This document shows, piece by piece, positions 31,054 through 41,261 of a DNA stretch of 51,068 bases (the stretch's first letter is position 1; every line of letters starts with the position of its first letter). The stretch covers positions 1 to 51,068 of the forward strand of contig JANRJA010000126.1 in assembly GCA_033764315.1 (NCBI GenBank), written 5' to 3'. The position numbers were made by a program, and so were the translations under genes. The DNA comes from Oculatellaceae cyanobacterium bins.114. GTDB taxonomy: Bacteria; Cyanobacteriota; Cyanobacteriia; Elainellales; Elainellaceae. The notes under the pieces are model-generated. The model did no database searches. It saw nothing but the letters and a program-made list of their open reading frames with translations, and was not told the DNA's origin.

Positions 31054-32013
31054 TCAACCTCCCCAGACCTTTTGCAACACGGTTTGTGGAGCAATATCTG
31101 TAATTTTTTCGCTAGGAGATTTAATGCCAACAAACTTCTCATTGGCTGGCAACAGCTTTGCCGGGTCAGTCGGGCCAAAAAGTGCTAACGTATAGACTTT
31201 CAGTGCTACAGCTAGATGCATGGGTGCACTATCAGTACACAACATCAGATTGGCCCCTGCGATCATGGCAGCTAGTTTGCCAATATCTCCTGGAGTCGTG
31301 ACTTTTAAGTAAGGGCTGGCTTTGGTTAAAGCCGCAACAAATGCCTGATCATCAGGCCCTTGAACCACTACTAGCGGCAGGTCGGGCTGCTTTTGTTGAA
31401 AGTCTTGAACAATGTGTTGCCAACTCTCAACCGGATAAATTTTGTCAATGCCCTTTGCCACAGCAAGTTCGCTAGACCCTCCATGAATGAGGACATATCC
31501 ACTGCCAGAAAGACCTAATCGTTTTTGCTCGGTCTCAGCCCAGTCAATATCTCGTTTGGGGATGGCGATCGCCAATTCAGGACAAGGGGTCGAAACTCCC
31601 AATCCTTTGAGCAAGTCGTGATACATCTCGGCTGCATATTGGTCTGGCTTGAGCGGCACAGGATTGGTCAAAAAAGAGTTGCCAACCCCACCGTAGCCAA
31701 TGCGAACAGGAATTCCCGTTAACCAAAGCAGCAGACCCACTGCCCAACGTTGCCCCAGGGCAATAGCCACGTCATAAGAGCGATCGCGCAACACACCTAA
31801 CAAATTGGCCCAATCCGCAGGGCTGTTCCGATCTTTAAAGTCAAAGGCGATCGTATCATCGACCGACTTGCAGACTCGGTAAGCACCTTTTGATCGAGGC
31901 TCTACAACAACATCAATCTCAGCATTGGGATAGGTCTGTTTCAAGTGGTCGAGGGTTGGGAAGAACAGAATCTGGTCACCGATCCCACCCGGGACGAGAG
32001 CCACAATTCGCAT
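31054..32013 (-). CDS. Glycosyltransferase family 9 (WaaF/RfaF-like)
   Basis: 'GGIGDQILFFP' and 'DSAPMHLAVA...LALFGPT'. Confidence 0.9.
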   Translation of the reverse strand: MRIVALVPGGIGDQILFFPTLDHLKQTYPNAEIDVVVEPRSKGAYRVCKSVDDTIAFDFKDRNSPADWANLLGVLRDRSYDVAIALGQRWAVGLLLWLTGIPVRIGYGGVGNSFLTNPVPLKPDQYAAEMYHDLLKGLGVSTPCPELAIAIPKRDIDWAETEQKRLGLSGSGYVLIHGGSSELAVAKGIDKIYPVESWQHIVQDFQQKQPDLPLVVVQGPDDQAFVAALTKASPYLKVTTPGDIGKLAAMIAGANLMLCTDSAPMHLAVALKVYTLALFGPTDPAKLLPANEKFVGIKSPSEKITDIAPQTVLQKVWGG

Positions 32014-32292
32014 AATATTTTGTTACGTAGATTCGCTCTTATTTTAAGGGGAATGTCCCTCACTTCAAACCAAACATTTGGAAGATTGCTCTCTCTTTTT
32101 GTAAAACACCTTGAAGCCGATGGATGAAGCCACCTCAAAACCAAGGAATTACGAAGAACCAATCGGTTTCAACCCCTTTTCAGGACAATATCCTTCTCCA
32201 ACACAGGACTAAGATGGGCAATCGACCCCCTACATGCATCTTTTATCCTTCAGCCCTAATTCTTTATCCTTACTTTTTTCCCCACTTTTCTC

Positions 32293-32634
32293 CTACCCCG
32301 GCCACACGCCAGCAAAGATACTTTTCACAGCGATCGCGATCCGGGTTAAATCCTCATCTAATAGCGGTGGCCAGTCAACTCCCTGGCGTTGCCCTGCTAC
32401 AAATAACTCACGGCTGCCACTCGCCAATGTGTGTAGCGCATAAACCAATTCTCGATCAAAGGTGTCTGCCCCTCTTAAAGCCTCAAAGACAATCTTGAGG
32501 GCTAATAGAAGCGTTGTGATCTGTCCTGGAATCGGTGGTTTCCCTTGCTTCAGTCGTATCAACAGAGCCTCTGTGTCTGCTGCGAGCGGTTTTCCTTGTC
32601 GAAGCAAGAGTTGACGGGCAGTTGTGTAATCCAT
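32293..32634 (-). CDS. Conserved cyanobacterial hypothetical protein
   Basis: 113 aa, 'MDYTTARQLL..QG...RLKQGKPPIPGQIT.LLLALK...GVDWPPLL.EDL.RIA.AV.SIF'. Confidence 0.75.
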   Translation of the reverse strand: MDYTTARQLLLRQGKPLAADTEALLIRLKQGKPPIPGQITTLLLALKIVFEALRGADTFDRELVYALHTLASGSRELFVAGQRQGVDWPPLLDEDLTRIAIAVKSIFAGVWPG

Positions 32635-33089
32635 AACCCCTGGAGAAGTGTAATGAAGTTTGAAGATTTTGTATGGTCAAATGGCGATTCAAATGACTCC
32701 ATAGGGCGTTCTCTCAGGTCATAAGATTGCCCATAGATAATCATGGGTAACCTGAGCAAACAAGCATTTAATCCAATCGCGGGTGGATGGATATTAATGA
32801 CTTATCGACCGCTTTGATCGTTGCCGATGTTTACGCAAAACCCAACTCTTAGCCCATCCTTGCACCCTGAAAGGCTTCACTTTACAGACTCTTCACCGTT
32901 CAACACTGTTCATTCGACCGTAAATCGCCCATAACTGGAAGTATGACAATCTTAACAGTGCAATATCACATCTCCAGTGACTCTCTGTCGGTATGACCTG
33001 AAAAGCTCTACCCTACCCAACCTCCCACTGCACCCTGACTAAATTGCCCACTTTCTATTCATTGACTTCCCCACCCCTTAACAATCTCT

Positions 33090-34277
33090 ATGAATATGGC
33101 AAATACAACGATTCCCTTCGTGGATTTTAAGCCACAGCACCAACCGATTCAATCTAAGCTTGAGCAGGCGGTGCAGGCGGTGATGCAGCAAGGAGATTAT
33201 GTTTTAGGGCAAAAAGTGACAGAGTTTGAGCAGGCATTTTCTCAAGCCTGTAGAACCAACTTTGGCATTGGGGTTGCATCGGGCACAGATGCGATCGCCT
33301 TGGGGTTACAGGCCTGTGGAATTAGTCATGGCGATGAAGTGATCTTGCCAGCTAACACCTTTGTGGCAACGTTAATTGGTGTGATTCGCTCAGGTGCCAC
33401 CCCGGTGTTTGTAGATTGTGACCCTGATACGGCTCTCATTGATTTGAGGGCAGCTGAGCAAGCCATTACGTCTCAAACTCGGGCGATCATTCCAGTTCAT
33501 CTCTATGGTCAAATGGTGTCACCCCACCAGTTGCTTGATTTAGCGAGCACCTATGACTTGTTGATTTTTGAAGATGCGGCTCAAGCTCATTTGGCAGAGC
33601 GAGAAGGCTATCGAGCTGGCTCAGTCGGAACGGCGGCGGCCTTTAGCTTTTATCCCAGCAAAAATCTAGGGGCGTTTGGAGATGGGGGCATGGTGGTTAC
33701 ACGCGAGTGGATTGTGTCAGAAACCATGCGATCGCTGCGGAACTATGGTGCCCCACGCAAGTACTATCACACTGACTACGGCACCAATAGCCGCCTTGAC
33801 ACTATTCAGGCTGCGGTTCTCAGTGCCAAGCTGCCCCATCTCGCCAGTTGGAATAGCGATCGCCATCAAACGGCTCAGATTTATAATCAGTTACTCAAAC
33901 CCCTGCGATCACAGGGAATTATTCCTATTGAAAATCACAGCGGGCATGGACATGTCTATCATCTCTATGTCGTTAAAGTGACCGAAAATTGCCCAATTGA
34001 TCGAGCAACGATTCAAAATAAACTACAAGATCAGGGCATTCAAAGCGGCATTCATTATCCTATTCCGTGCCACCTCCAACCTGCTTTTCAATATTTGGGC
34101 TATCAAGCAGGTGACTTCCCGCATGCAGAAGCTTTATGCCAAGAGGTATTGTCACTCCCGATGTATCCCGGCTTAAATGAGACTCAAGTGCTTCGAGTCG
34201 TTGATACCCTCGCAGCGATGTTTCCATCTCCATCCGCTTTTGAGGAAGAACTCTGTAGTTCATTGACGGTAGGATGA
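33090..34277 (+). CDS. DegT/DnrJ/EryC1/StrS sugar aminotransferase
   Basis: 'SGTDAI', 'IIPVHLYGQ', 'EDAAQAH', 'SFYPSKNLGAFGDGG', 'NSRLDTIQA'. Confidence 0.95.
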   Translation: MNMANTTIPFVDFKPQHQPIQSKLEQAVQAVMQQGDYVLGQKVTEFEQAFSQACRTNFGIGVASGTDAIALGLQACGISHGDEVILPANTFVATLIGVIRSGATPVFVDCDPDTALIDLRAAEQAITSQTRAIIPVHLYGQMVSPHQLLDLASTYDLLIFEDAAQAHLAEREGYRAGSVGTAAAFSFYPSKNLGAFGDGGMVVTREWIVSETMRSLRNYGAPRKYYHTDYGTNSRLDTIQAAVLSAKLPHLASWNSDRHQTAQIYNQLLKPLRSQGIIPIENHSGHGHVYHLYVVKVTENCPIDRATIQNKLQDQGIQSGIHYPIPCHLQPAFQYLGYQAGDFPHAEALCQEVLSLPMYPGLNETQVLRVVDTLAAMFPSPSAFEEELCSSLTVG

Positions 34278-34280
34278 CCA

Positions 34281-35171
34281 ATGTCAAGTAAAAGCAGTGT
34301 ATTTCGACAGTTTAGCCATCAGTTGCCAACCTTTGCCATCGTTGGTCTACTGCTGATATTGTATGCCCCCCTTTTAGTTCATTGGTGTGACGGTTGGCTC
34401 AATAAAAATATCAGTACAGAGCATGAATACTATAGCCACGGTCTGATTGGCTTGCCGTTTGCTGCTTATCTCTGCTGGAACAACCGCGATCGCTGGCAAA
34501 AATTACCCTACAAGTCTCACATTGCAGGACTAATTGGCTTGGTCATCGGAGTTCTACTCTATTTAAGTGGGGTCACTAATCCAGTTAATCTTTCTTTCCC
34601 GATTGTATTGATTGGACTCTGTCTATGGCTTAAAGGAGTGCCCGGTCTAAAACTGCAAGCATTTCCGCTACTCCTCGTATTTCTGGCAACTCCAACTGAT
34701 CTGCCTTACCTCATCGCTCCTTATACCCTACCCCTGCAAGAATTTATTGCAGGGACAGCCGGGTTTATTCTATTGCAATTCAATATGAGTGTTAGAGTTG
34801 ACCAGATTTATCTGTATGTCAATGACCAGATTGTTGAAGTCGCCCCCTACTGTGCAGGACTCAAAATGCTATTCACGAGCCTCTACGTTGGTCTTATCCT
34901 GGCGTATTGGACTGGCATTTGGAATTCTCGTGCCAAGACAAGTTCATTTTTCTTCAGTGTTATTTTTATTAGTGTTAGTGCCAATATCATCCGCAATACC
35001 CTCCTGACCTTCTTTCACGGAACAGGTCGGGATCAAGCCTTTGACTGGCTGCATCAGGGTTGGGGCGGAGACTTATATTCTGCGTGTATGCTAGGGTTGC
35101 TGGTTTTACTTTTGAGGGGCATCGATCAGTGGTTCAGTTCTGATTCGGCAGAACTAAAAGTCCAACAGTAG
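34281..35171 (+). CDS. crtB: Cyanoexosortase B (exosortase family)
   Basis: 'EHEYYSHG', catalytic 'VEVAPYCAGL', 'NIIRN' and 'FDWLH'; located in a DegT/Wza/Wzc context. The symbol is the exosortase crtB, not phytoene synthase. Confidence 0.88.
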   Translation: MSSKSSVFRQFSHQLPTFAIVGLLLILYAPLLVHWCDGWLNKNISTEHEYYSHGLIGLPFAAYLCWNNRDRWQKLPYKSHIAGLIGLVIGVLLYLSGVTNPVNLSFPIVLIGLCLWLKGVPGLKLQAFPLLLVFLATPTDLPYLIAPYTLPLQEFIAGTAGFILLQFNMSVRVDQIYLYVNDQIVEVAPYCAGLKMLFTSLYVGLILAYWTGIWNSRAKTSSFFFSVIFISVSANIIRNTLLTFFHGTGRDQAFDWLHQGWGGDLYSACMLGLLVLLLRGIDQWFSSDSAELKVQQ

Positions 35172-35259
35172 TGTTGTAGAGGCTGCATCAAACATGATTA
35201 TCTACCGATTTTTGCAATGTCTATGGTACCGATGTCTATTATTGTTTAGGGCATAATCT

Positions 35260-36006
35260 ATGTCGTCATTCTCCCAAGCCTCACGGCGATCGCCCCTATT
35301 CAGTATCTTGATTGCTTTGTTTTTGTTGGCAATCGCTACAGCTGGTGTCATACCCGGCTATTTCACCCAACAGTGGTCTTGGAATACCCTGCCAGATGTA
35401 CCGCATTTGAGTCAACTTAAATCGCTACAAACCGATGGATTGACCATTCCTGGATGGGAAACTCTGCATCAAGAACGAGTTGAGATTGGTGGTCACAAAT
35501 GGTCTGTGCAAGAAATTCGTTCTCTTCAAACCAAGCCAGAGGAAAATCAACAGGCTCCTATTCTCGTGATGTTGAGACCACAAACTTGGAATCGTGACCA
35601 ACCCCAAGTAGATTGGATGGATATAAACGGGGTGCAACGGTGGACTGCTGACTCTCAGCGTCGTCTTAAATTTACAGTCAATGATTTATCTGAAACAGAC
35701 AACGCTCAAGATCAATGGATATCGATTAATGCACGCTTTTTAAGGGGGTGGAACCAACGGCAAACTTATGCAGTCCTGCAATGGTATGCATGGTCAACTG
35801 GAGGAGATGCTGCTCCAACCCAATGGTTTTGGGCAGATCAATTAACTCAATGGCGCGATCGCCATCGAATGCCTTGGATAGCCGTCAGTGTTTTGATTCC
35901 AATTAGACCAATCGGAAATATTGACACGGCTGAGGCAACGGCTAAATCATTAGGGCAAACGATTCAAGCAACCCTAATGGCTAATGTTTTTCCATCTAAC
36001 TCTTGA
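35260..36006 (+). CDS. Cyanoexosortase B system-associated protein
   Basis: N-terminal TM segment, 'IGGHKWSVQ', 'QPQVDWMD', 'YAVLQWYAW..GG...WFWADQ'; immediately follows the exosortase. Confidence 0.85.
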   Translation: MSSFSQASRRSPLFSILIALFLLAIATAGVIPGYFTQQWSWNTLPDVPHLSQLKSLQTDGLTIPGWETLHQERVEIGGHKWSVQEIRSLQTKPEENQQAPILVMLRPQTWNRDQPQVDWMDINGVQRWTADSQRRLKFTVNDLSETDNAQDQWISINARFLRGWNQRQTYAVLQWYAWSTGGDAAPTQWFWADQLTQWRDRHRMPWIAVSVLIPIRPIGNIDTAEATAKSLGQTIQATLMANVFPSNS

Positions 36007-36035
36007 TCTCAGTAACGATTGACTTCCTGAAAATC

Positions 36036-37328
36036 ATGTCTAAAGCCCCCTATTATCAAAACCGCTCAATTCGCGCTTACTCCCTCTCAGGGTTTTATTC
36101 CATGATTGCTGCCCTACCCAGTGCCTTGCTGATTTCGGCAGCTAACATGAGCCTTTTCCCGACAACCGCCGTAGCTCAGACTGACTCCTCCTCAGAGGCG
36201 CAACGCAACACTCGTGATTTACTTGAAGAGGCAAGACAACGCCTGATTGACCAGGGAGAGAGCACCACACCAGGAGTTTTAGAGCAGAGGCAACCTGATC
36301 AGCCAGTCTTACGCGATAATTCACAATTTGATAGTTATCGTCTTGGTCCAGGAGATTCATTTTTTGTCAATGTTCTCTATTTCCCCGATTTAAACTTTCA
36401 AGCCACTCTGGATGTTCAAGGAAATGTCATCATCCCCCTAGCAGGTGCGTTGTCATTAAACGGTTTGACCATTCAACAAGCTGAGCAACGCATTCAAACG
36501 GCTCTCAATCGCTATGTGATCAACCCAGTGGTTGATATGACCCTAACGGCACAACGCCCGGTTGAGGTGACTATTGCAGGAGAAGTTGTCAGACCTGGGG
36601 TATATCCACTACAGGCTCCTCAGTTGAACGTTGCCCTGCTAGCGGCTGGCGGTACAACTCGATTGGCAGATTTGCGTACCATTCGGATCCGTCGCACGTT
36701 GGTGGATGGCTCTGTGATTGAACGAGATGTTGATTTCTACACCTCATTGCGAGATTCAGCATCAGTCCCCAGTGTTCGCTTGGAGAATGGAGATGCCATT
36801 ATTGTTCCTGCGCTTAATGCAGAAACGATTGATAGTTATGACATCTCTCTGATCGGGCGTTCTACAATCGCTCAACAGCAAATCGTGATTCGAGTGCTCA
36901 ACTATGCAGCCCGTGCCGCAGGACGAGGCGAAGGAGGCGCAGGGATTGGTAATATTACGCTTCCCAACGGCAGTACTTTTCTGGATGCCATTACAACCAT
37001 TGGACCTAGCCCTGATCGTGCAGAGTTAGACGATATTGCTCTGATTCGCTTTGACCCAGTTCAAGGTAAAGCTTTTACTCAAGAATTAGATGCAAAAGAT
37101 GCGCTTTTAGGCGACAACTCCCAAAACCCATATTTAGAACATAACGATGTCATTGTGATCGGGCGTAACCTTCTGTCTCGCATTACCTATGCCTTGAATA
37201 CGGCTACTCAACCCTTTCGCGATATCTTAGGGTTTTTGCTGTTTTTTGAAAACATAGCAGATAGTGCAGATAATTTATTTGGGCCAGGAAATAACGATAA
37301 TAATGACGATGATAATAATAATGACTAA
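36036..37328 (+). CDS. Polysaccharide export protein (Wza/OPX-like, SLBB domains); start uncertain
   Basis: 'YRLGPGD', 'GNVIIPLAG', 'GEVVRPGVY', 'AGGTTRLADL'; Asn/Asp-rich tail. Confidence 0.88.
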   Translation: MSKAPYYQNRSIRAYSLSGFYSMIAALPSALLISAANMSLFPTTAVAQTDSSSEAQRNTRDLLEEARQRLIDQGESTTPGVLEQRQPDQPVLRDNSQFDSYRLGPGDSFFVNVLYFPDLNFQATLDVQGNVIIPLAGALSLNGLTIQQAEQRIQTALNRYVINPVVDMTLTAQRPVEVTIAGEVVRPGVYPLQAPQLNVALLAAGGTTRLADLRTIRIRRTLVDGSVIERDVDFYTSLRDSASVPSVRLENGDAIIVPALNAETIDSYDISLIGRSTIAQQQIVIRVLNYAARAAGRGEGGAGIGNITLPNGSTFLDAITTIGPSPDRAELDDIALIRFDPVQGKAFTQELDAKDALLGDNSQNPYLEHNDVIVIGRNLLSRITYALNTATQPFRDILGFLLFFENIADSADNLFGPGNNDNNDDDNNND

Positions 37329-37494
37329 AAAATAACCCAACTTGGCCTCTTTTGAGATGTATCGAAGATGGGGGTGACGATGATGGGGGCGATCGCAGAA
37401 AATAACATTAGTTTTATCCTGGTCTTAACTCCCTTCACATCCCTGATTCTAATCCTGACTGAAAATCCACTGACTCCGACTATTCTTTAATGTC

Positions 37495-39687
37495 ATGGCT
37501 CCACCATTTATCAAGCGTTATCTCATCGCTCTAGACCGCCACAAGTGGGCGGGCTTAGCGGGCTTTGCCGTTGTAATGGGTTTATCAGGCGTTGCCGCTC
37601 TACAACCTGCTCCTCCTGCAACCTATACAGCTCAAGGAGCACTGAGTTATGCTACACCACCGGTTACATTTTCTCAAACAGGAGTTGCTCTCCAGCAACA
37701 GGGACAAGCACTGACCCCAGAAAGATTACTCTCAAATTATGTAATTGACTCAACTGTCCAGGAGTTGACAGCTCAAGGAGTCCAAGTCGATCCGAAAACG
37801 ATCCGACAAAATACGACCGTTGAAGCCAACCCCAATATAGACGAAGAAGCGGGGGGGCTCAATCTGCTAGTGACCTACATTGATGCCGATGAAGAGCGGG
37901 CAGAACTAACAGCCGCCCTGCTGATGGAAGCGATGGTCACACAAAGTCGCGAATTTAATAAACAGCAACTGGAAACCATCATTGGTAGTCTCAACGAGTT
38001 GCTGCCTGAAGTGACAAAAGAATTACGGGACGCAGAGCAAAACTTAGAACAATATATTCGAGTTGAGGGACCTGCCATTCAGGCTGCTGAAGATGGCAAC
38101 TTGATTGGCGCGATTACGGGTGGTCAAGATCAGCAGCGACAACTTCGCCTCACGCTGGCTGGTATTGATGCTCAAATTAGAAGCTTACAAGCACGACTGG
38201 GTCTTTCTCCTGACGAAGCTTATACTTCATCGGCATTGAGTGCCGACCCGATCATTGCAGATCTGCGAGGACAGATGCATCAGACCGAGACACAAATCTC
38301 GATTCTTTCCAGAACTCTGCGGCCTGAGCATCCCACAATGGTTACGTTGCGGAACCAGCAGCAAGCTTTTGATCAACTCTTGCAGCAACGGGTTAGTGAA
38401 GTCATTGGTGGAGCGTCTGGGGTCAACCCACTACGCGGCACTACCCAAATTCGTCAAGACAGTAGCCTTGACCCCGCTCGGCAACAACTTGCCAACACGC
38501 TTGTCAATCTGCAAACCCAGCGAGAGACGATTCAGCAACAGTTGGGTAATCTATCTCAAGAAGGACAACGTCTACGGCAGGAATATTCCAATATTCCCAA
38601 CAAGCAATTAGAGCAGGCTCGGCTAGAGCAGCAGGTTGCTCTTAAACGGGCCTATTATGATCAAATTCAAGGTCGCCTAGCCGATGTAACGATCGCCCAA
38701 AATGAGGTTGTTGGTAATCTAATCGTTACCCAAGATGCCCAAGCACAGTTAACTGAAGCTTCAGGTGCTAATCCGGTACTCATCTTGATTGTGGGTGGCT
38801 TTGTTGGATTGCTTGTCGGCGGTGGTTTAGTTCTGTTGCTTGACTCGTTGGATGCCACCTTCCACACGCTGCCCGATTTACAAGCCTCTCTGCGACAGCA
38901 GGAAGTTCCTGTTCTGGGCTTACTGCCTGCTCTGCCACAAACCGATACAGATTCTCCAATCGTTTTGGAACCGGACTCTCCTTATATTGAACCCTATGAG
39001 CGTTTCCGGGGTACGTTGCGTCGTGCGGCAGGCAGTAAAGCTTTGAAGATGATGCTGTTGACTAGTACGGTCAATGGTGAAGGTAAAACACTGACCGCTT
39101 ATAATTTGGCGATCGCCTCGGCAAGGGCAGGTAAACGCACTTTATTGGTTGAAGCAGATCTGCGATCGCCCTCCAACGCCAAACTGCTCAAGGTTACTCC
39201 TGACCCTGACAGCCTTTTAGAACCCTTGCGTTATTACGGACGGTTGAGCGATTGCATTCGCCTCGTTCCTGAAATTGAAAACCTTTACATCCTACCGAGT
39301 CCCGGTATTCAACGTCAGGCATCCGCTATTTTAGAATCCACTGAAATGCGGCAAATGTTAGAAGATGCACGCGGTCGATTTGATCTTGTTATCCTCGACA
39401 CTCCGGCTCTCAGTCGATTTAGTGATGCGTTGTTGTTAGAACCCTATACCGATGGCATGGTGCTGGTGACGCGCCCAGGATACACCGAGGAAGGCTTGTT
39501 GACAGAAGCCATTGAGCAGTTTAATGAGTCAGAAGAGATGCAGTTTTTGGGAGCTGTCATCAACGGTGCCGACATTGCCGTTCAAACTCCTGGCTTCATG
39601 GGTGGCAGAGACGATCAATTTATTGTGGAAGAGTTGGAAACTTCATCCGGGTTAGATGGCATTCCAATCGGTTCTAGAGAACCCTAG
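37495..39687 (+). CDS. Wzc/GumC-like polysaccharide co-polymerase with P-loop domain
   Basis: Two TM segments around a coiled coil, 'PEHP', Walker A 'GEGKT', 'EADLRSP', 'ILDTP'. Confidence 0.88.
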   Translation: MAPPFIKRYLIALDRHKWAGLAGFAVVMGLSGVAALQPAPPATYTAQGALSYATPPVTFSQTGVALQQQGQALTPERLLSNYVIDSTVQELTAQGVQVDPKTIRQNTTVEANPNIDEEAGGLNLLVTYIDADEERAELTAALLMEAMVTQSREFNKQQLETIIGSLNELLPEVTKELRDAEQNLEQYIRVEGPAIQAAEDGNLIGAITGGQDQQRQLRLTLAGIDAQIRSLQARLGLSPDEAYTSSALSADPIIADLRGQMHQTETQISILSRTLRPEHPTMVTLRNQQQAFDQLLQQRVSEVIGGASGVNPLRGTTQIRQDSSLDPARQQLANTLVNLQTQRETIQQQLGNLSQEGQRLRQEYSNIPNKQLEQARLEQQVALKRAYYDQIQGRLADVTIAQNEVVGNLIVTQDAQAQLTEASGANPVLILIVGGFVGLLVGGGLVLLLDSLDATFHTLPDLQASLRQQEVPVLGLLPALPQTDTDSPIVLEPDSPYIEPYERFRGTLRRAAGSKALKMMLLTSTVNGEGKTLTAYNLAIASARAGKRTLLVEADLRSPSNAKLLKVTPDPDSLLEPLRYYGRLSDCIRLVPEIENLYILPSPGIQRQASAILESTEMRQMLEDARGRFDLVILDTPALSRFSDALLLEPYTDGMVLVTRPGYTEEGLLTEAIEQFNESEEMQFLGAVINGADIAVQTPGFMGGRDDQFIVEELETSSGLDGIPIGSREP

Positions 39688-39933
39688 TGCGCCTAGTCCA
39701 CAATCTCCAAGCTGCCCATTCTAGGCGATCGCACCTAGAAAAATCATTCTGCAAAAGATCAATTCGGATAATGCGGAAGCATGCCAAATTTAAAAAAGAA
39801 TTAATGTCCGGTTCAGCTAGAAGTTGAAAATACGGTTATACCGTACTTTACCGGATGGCAATTCAATAGAGGAAATTGAACAATAGGGGAACTAAGCCAT
39901 CAGTGACCTGAATCCATTTCCCTCAGTTGTGTT

Positions 39934-40503
39934 ATGTCATCCCAACACGCCTTAACGTCCGTTGCCAATCAAGCGATCGCGCCTCAAATTATTGAATCTC
40001 GCCAGCAATATCATTCCTGTCATATTCTTGTCCCTCACTCAGAGCAGCGATTGCCAGCCATTGCCTTCAACAACGCCTACTACAGTTTCTTTAAGGTTGA
40101 GAAAGACAAGAACCGGGCGATAGAGCTAAGCACAAGACTGCATCGTCGTGGAGAGGTGGCCATTATCACAAAGACCGCCAGAGGATATGTCATTTGGATT
40201 GAGGAAGCAGCCGCTAAACTTTCAATGCCAGTGCAGCGTACCGCTAAAACAACCACGCCCTACAAAATCTTGACCTCGCCCAATCAATATCAACCCTGCC
40301 ATATTCGCGTGCCTGATCTGAATAAACCCATAGCAGCGATCTGCTTGGATGGTAAGTACTATAGTCTCTTTAAAATTACGGATAATACTCAGCAAGCGGT
40401 TCAGTTGATCAAACGATTAAGTTCGCGTGGGGAAGAAACTATCATTACAAAAACTGTGAAAGGGTATGGCATTTGGATTTTTGAACCAGAAGCCGTTGCA
40501 TAG
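39934..40503 (+). CDS. Hypothetical protein made of two tandem homologous domains
   Basis: 'QY..CHI.VP...AI...YYS.FK...RL..RGE..IITKT..GY.IWI.E' occurs twice. Confidence 0.8.
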   Translation: MSSQHALTSVANQAIAPQIIESRQQYHSCHILVPHSEQRLPAIAFNNAYYSFFKVEKDKNRAIELSTRLHRRGEVAIITKTARGYVIWIEEAAAKLSMPVQRTAKTTTPYKILTSPNQYQPCHIRVPDLNKPIAAICLDGKYYSLFKITDNTQQAVQLIKRLSSRGEETIITKTVKGYGIWIFEPEAVA

Positions 40504-40559
40504 CATTGCATATAAATGACAAGTGCAACGTCTTTAACTTTAGAGTCCACGCAAATGCT

Positions 40560-40592
40560 TTGAGGGCTGAGCAATATCTACCCAGCCCTCAA
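40560..40592. terminator. Hairpin between convergent genes
   Basis: Stem ttgagggctg...cagccctcaa. Confidence 0.55.
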
Positions 40593-40631
40593 TTACTTTA
40601 GAACTATCAATCGACCCCAAAGAGCTATGGG

Positions 40632-40732
40632 TAGCCCAACTGTTTTGTCAGTTGAGGTAAGGAAGGATGAGGGCTTCGCTCCTCTGAGAGGCGAACCCCT
40701 GCACTCCGTCTTAACCAACGCTGCAATGGCTA
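40632..40732. repeat. Degenerate REP/MITE-like element
   Basis: Short tagcc...ggcta ends with an inner hairpin gggcttcgc...gcgaacccc followed by tgcac. Confidence 0.35.
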
Positions 40733-40751
40733 CACAAGATTCTAGAAATTT

Positions 40752-41261
40752 CTAGATATTCTTTTCAGACAACTCACGAGCCATATAGTCAAAGGGTTGA
40801 TCTAAAAAGGCAGTGTTAGTAATGCCTGCTTCTGTGATCTGAGTCTTGACCAATTCCTTCATGATTTGGATACCTGTCACCGTCGGACCAATGGGCACAC
40901 CAAGAGAATTGTACGTTTCCCGCAAGCCCAAAAGAACTCGTTCATCTAAAACGTCAGTATTACCTGCGACCAGCGCATAGGTCGCATAGCGCAGGTAGTA
41001 ATCCATATCGCGCAGGCAGGCCGCATAACGGCGAGTTGTATAAGCATTGCCACTCGGACGGATCAGCTCAGGAATCTCATCAAACAAACGGGAGGCGGCT
41101 TGCTTGACAATAGCCGCTGCATTAGCGTTGATGACCGTTGCTGCCTGTACCCGAGCTGTACCAGAATCAAAATAGGATTTCAGGGTGTCAATGGCAGCTC
41201 GGTCAAAATACCGCCCTGTTCCATCGTAATTTTTAATTAAGCTTGTTACTGCATCCCGCAT
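40752..41261 (-). CDS. apcF: Allophycocyanin beta-18 subunit
   Basis: 169 aa, 'MRDAVTSLIKNYD..GRY', 'GNAYTTRRYAACLRDMDYYLRYA'; divergent from glnA. Confidence 0.95.
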   Translation of the reverse strand: MRDAVTSLIKNYDGTGRYFDRAAIDTLKSYFDSGTARVQAATVINANAAAIVKQAASRLFDEIPELIRPSGNAYTTRRYAACLRDMDYYLRYATYALVAGNTDVLDERVLLGLRETYNSLGVPIGPTVTGIQIMKELVKTQITEAGITNTAFLDQPFDYMARELSEKNI

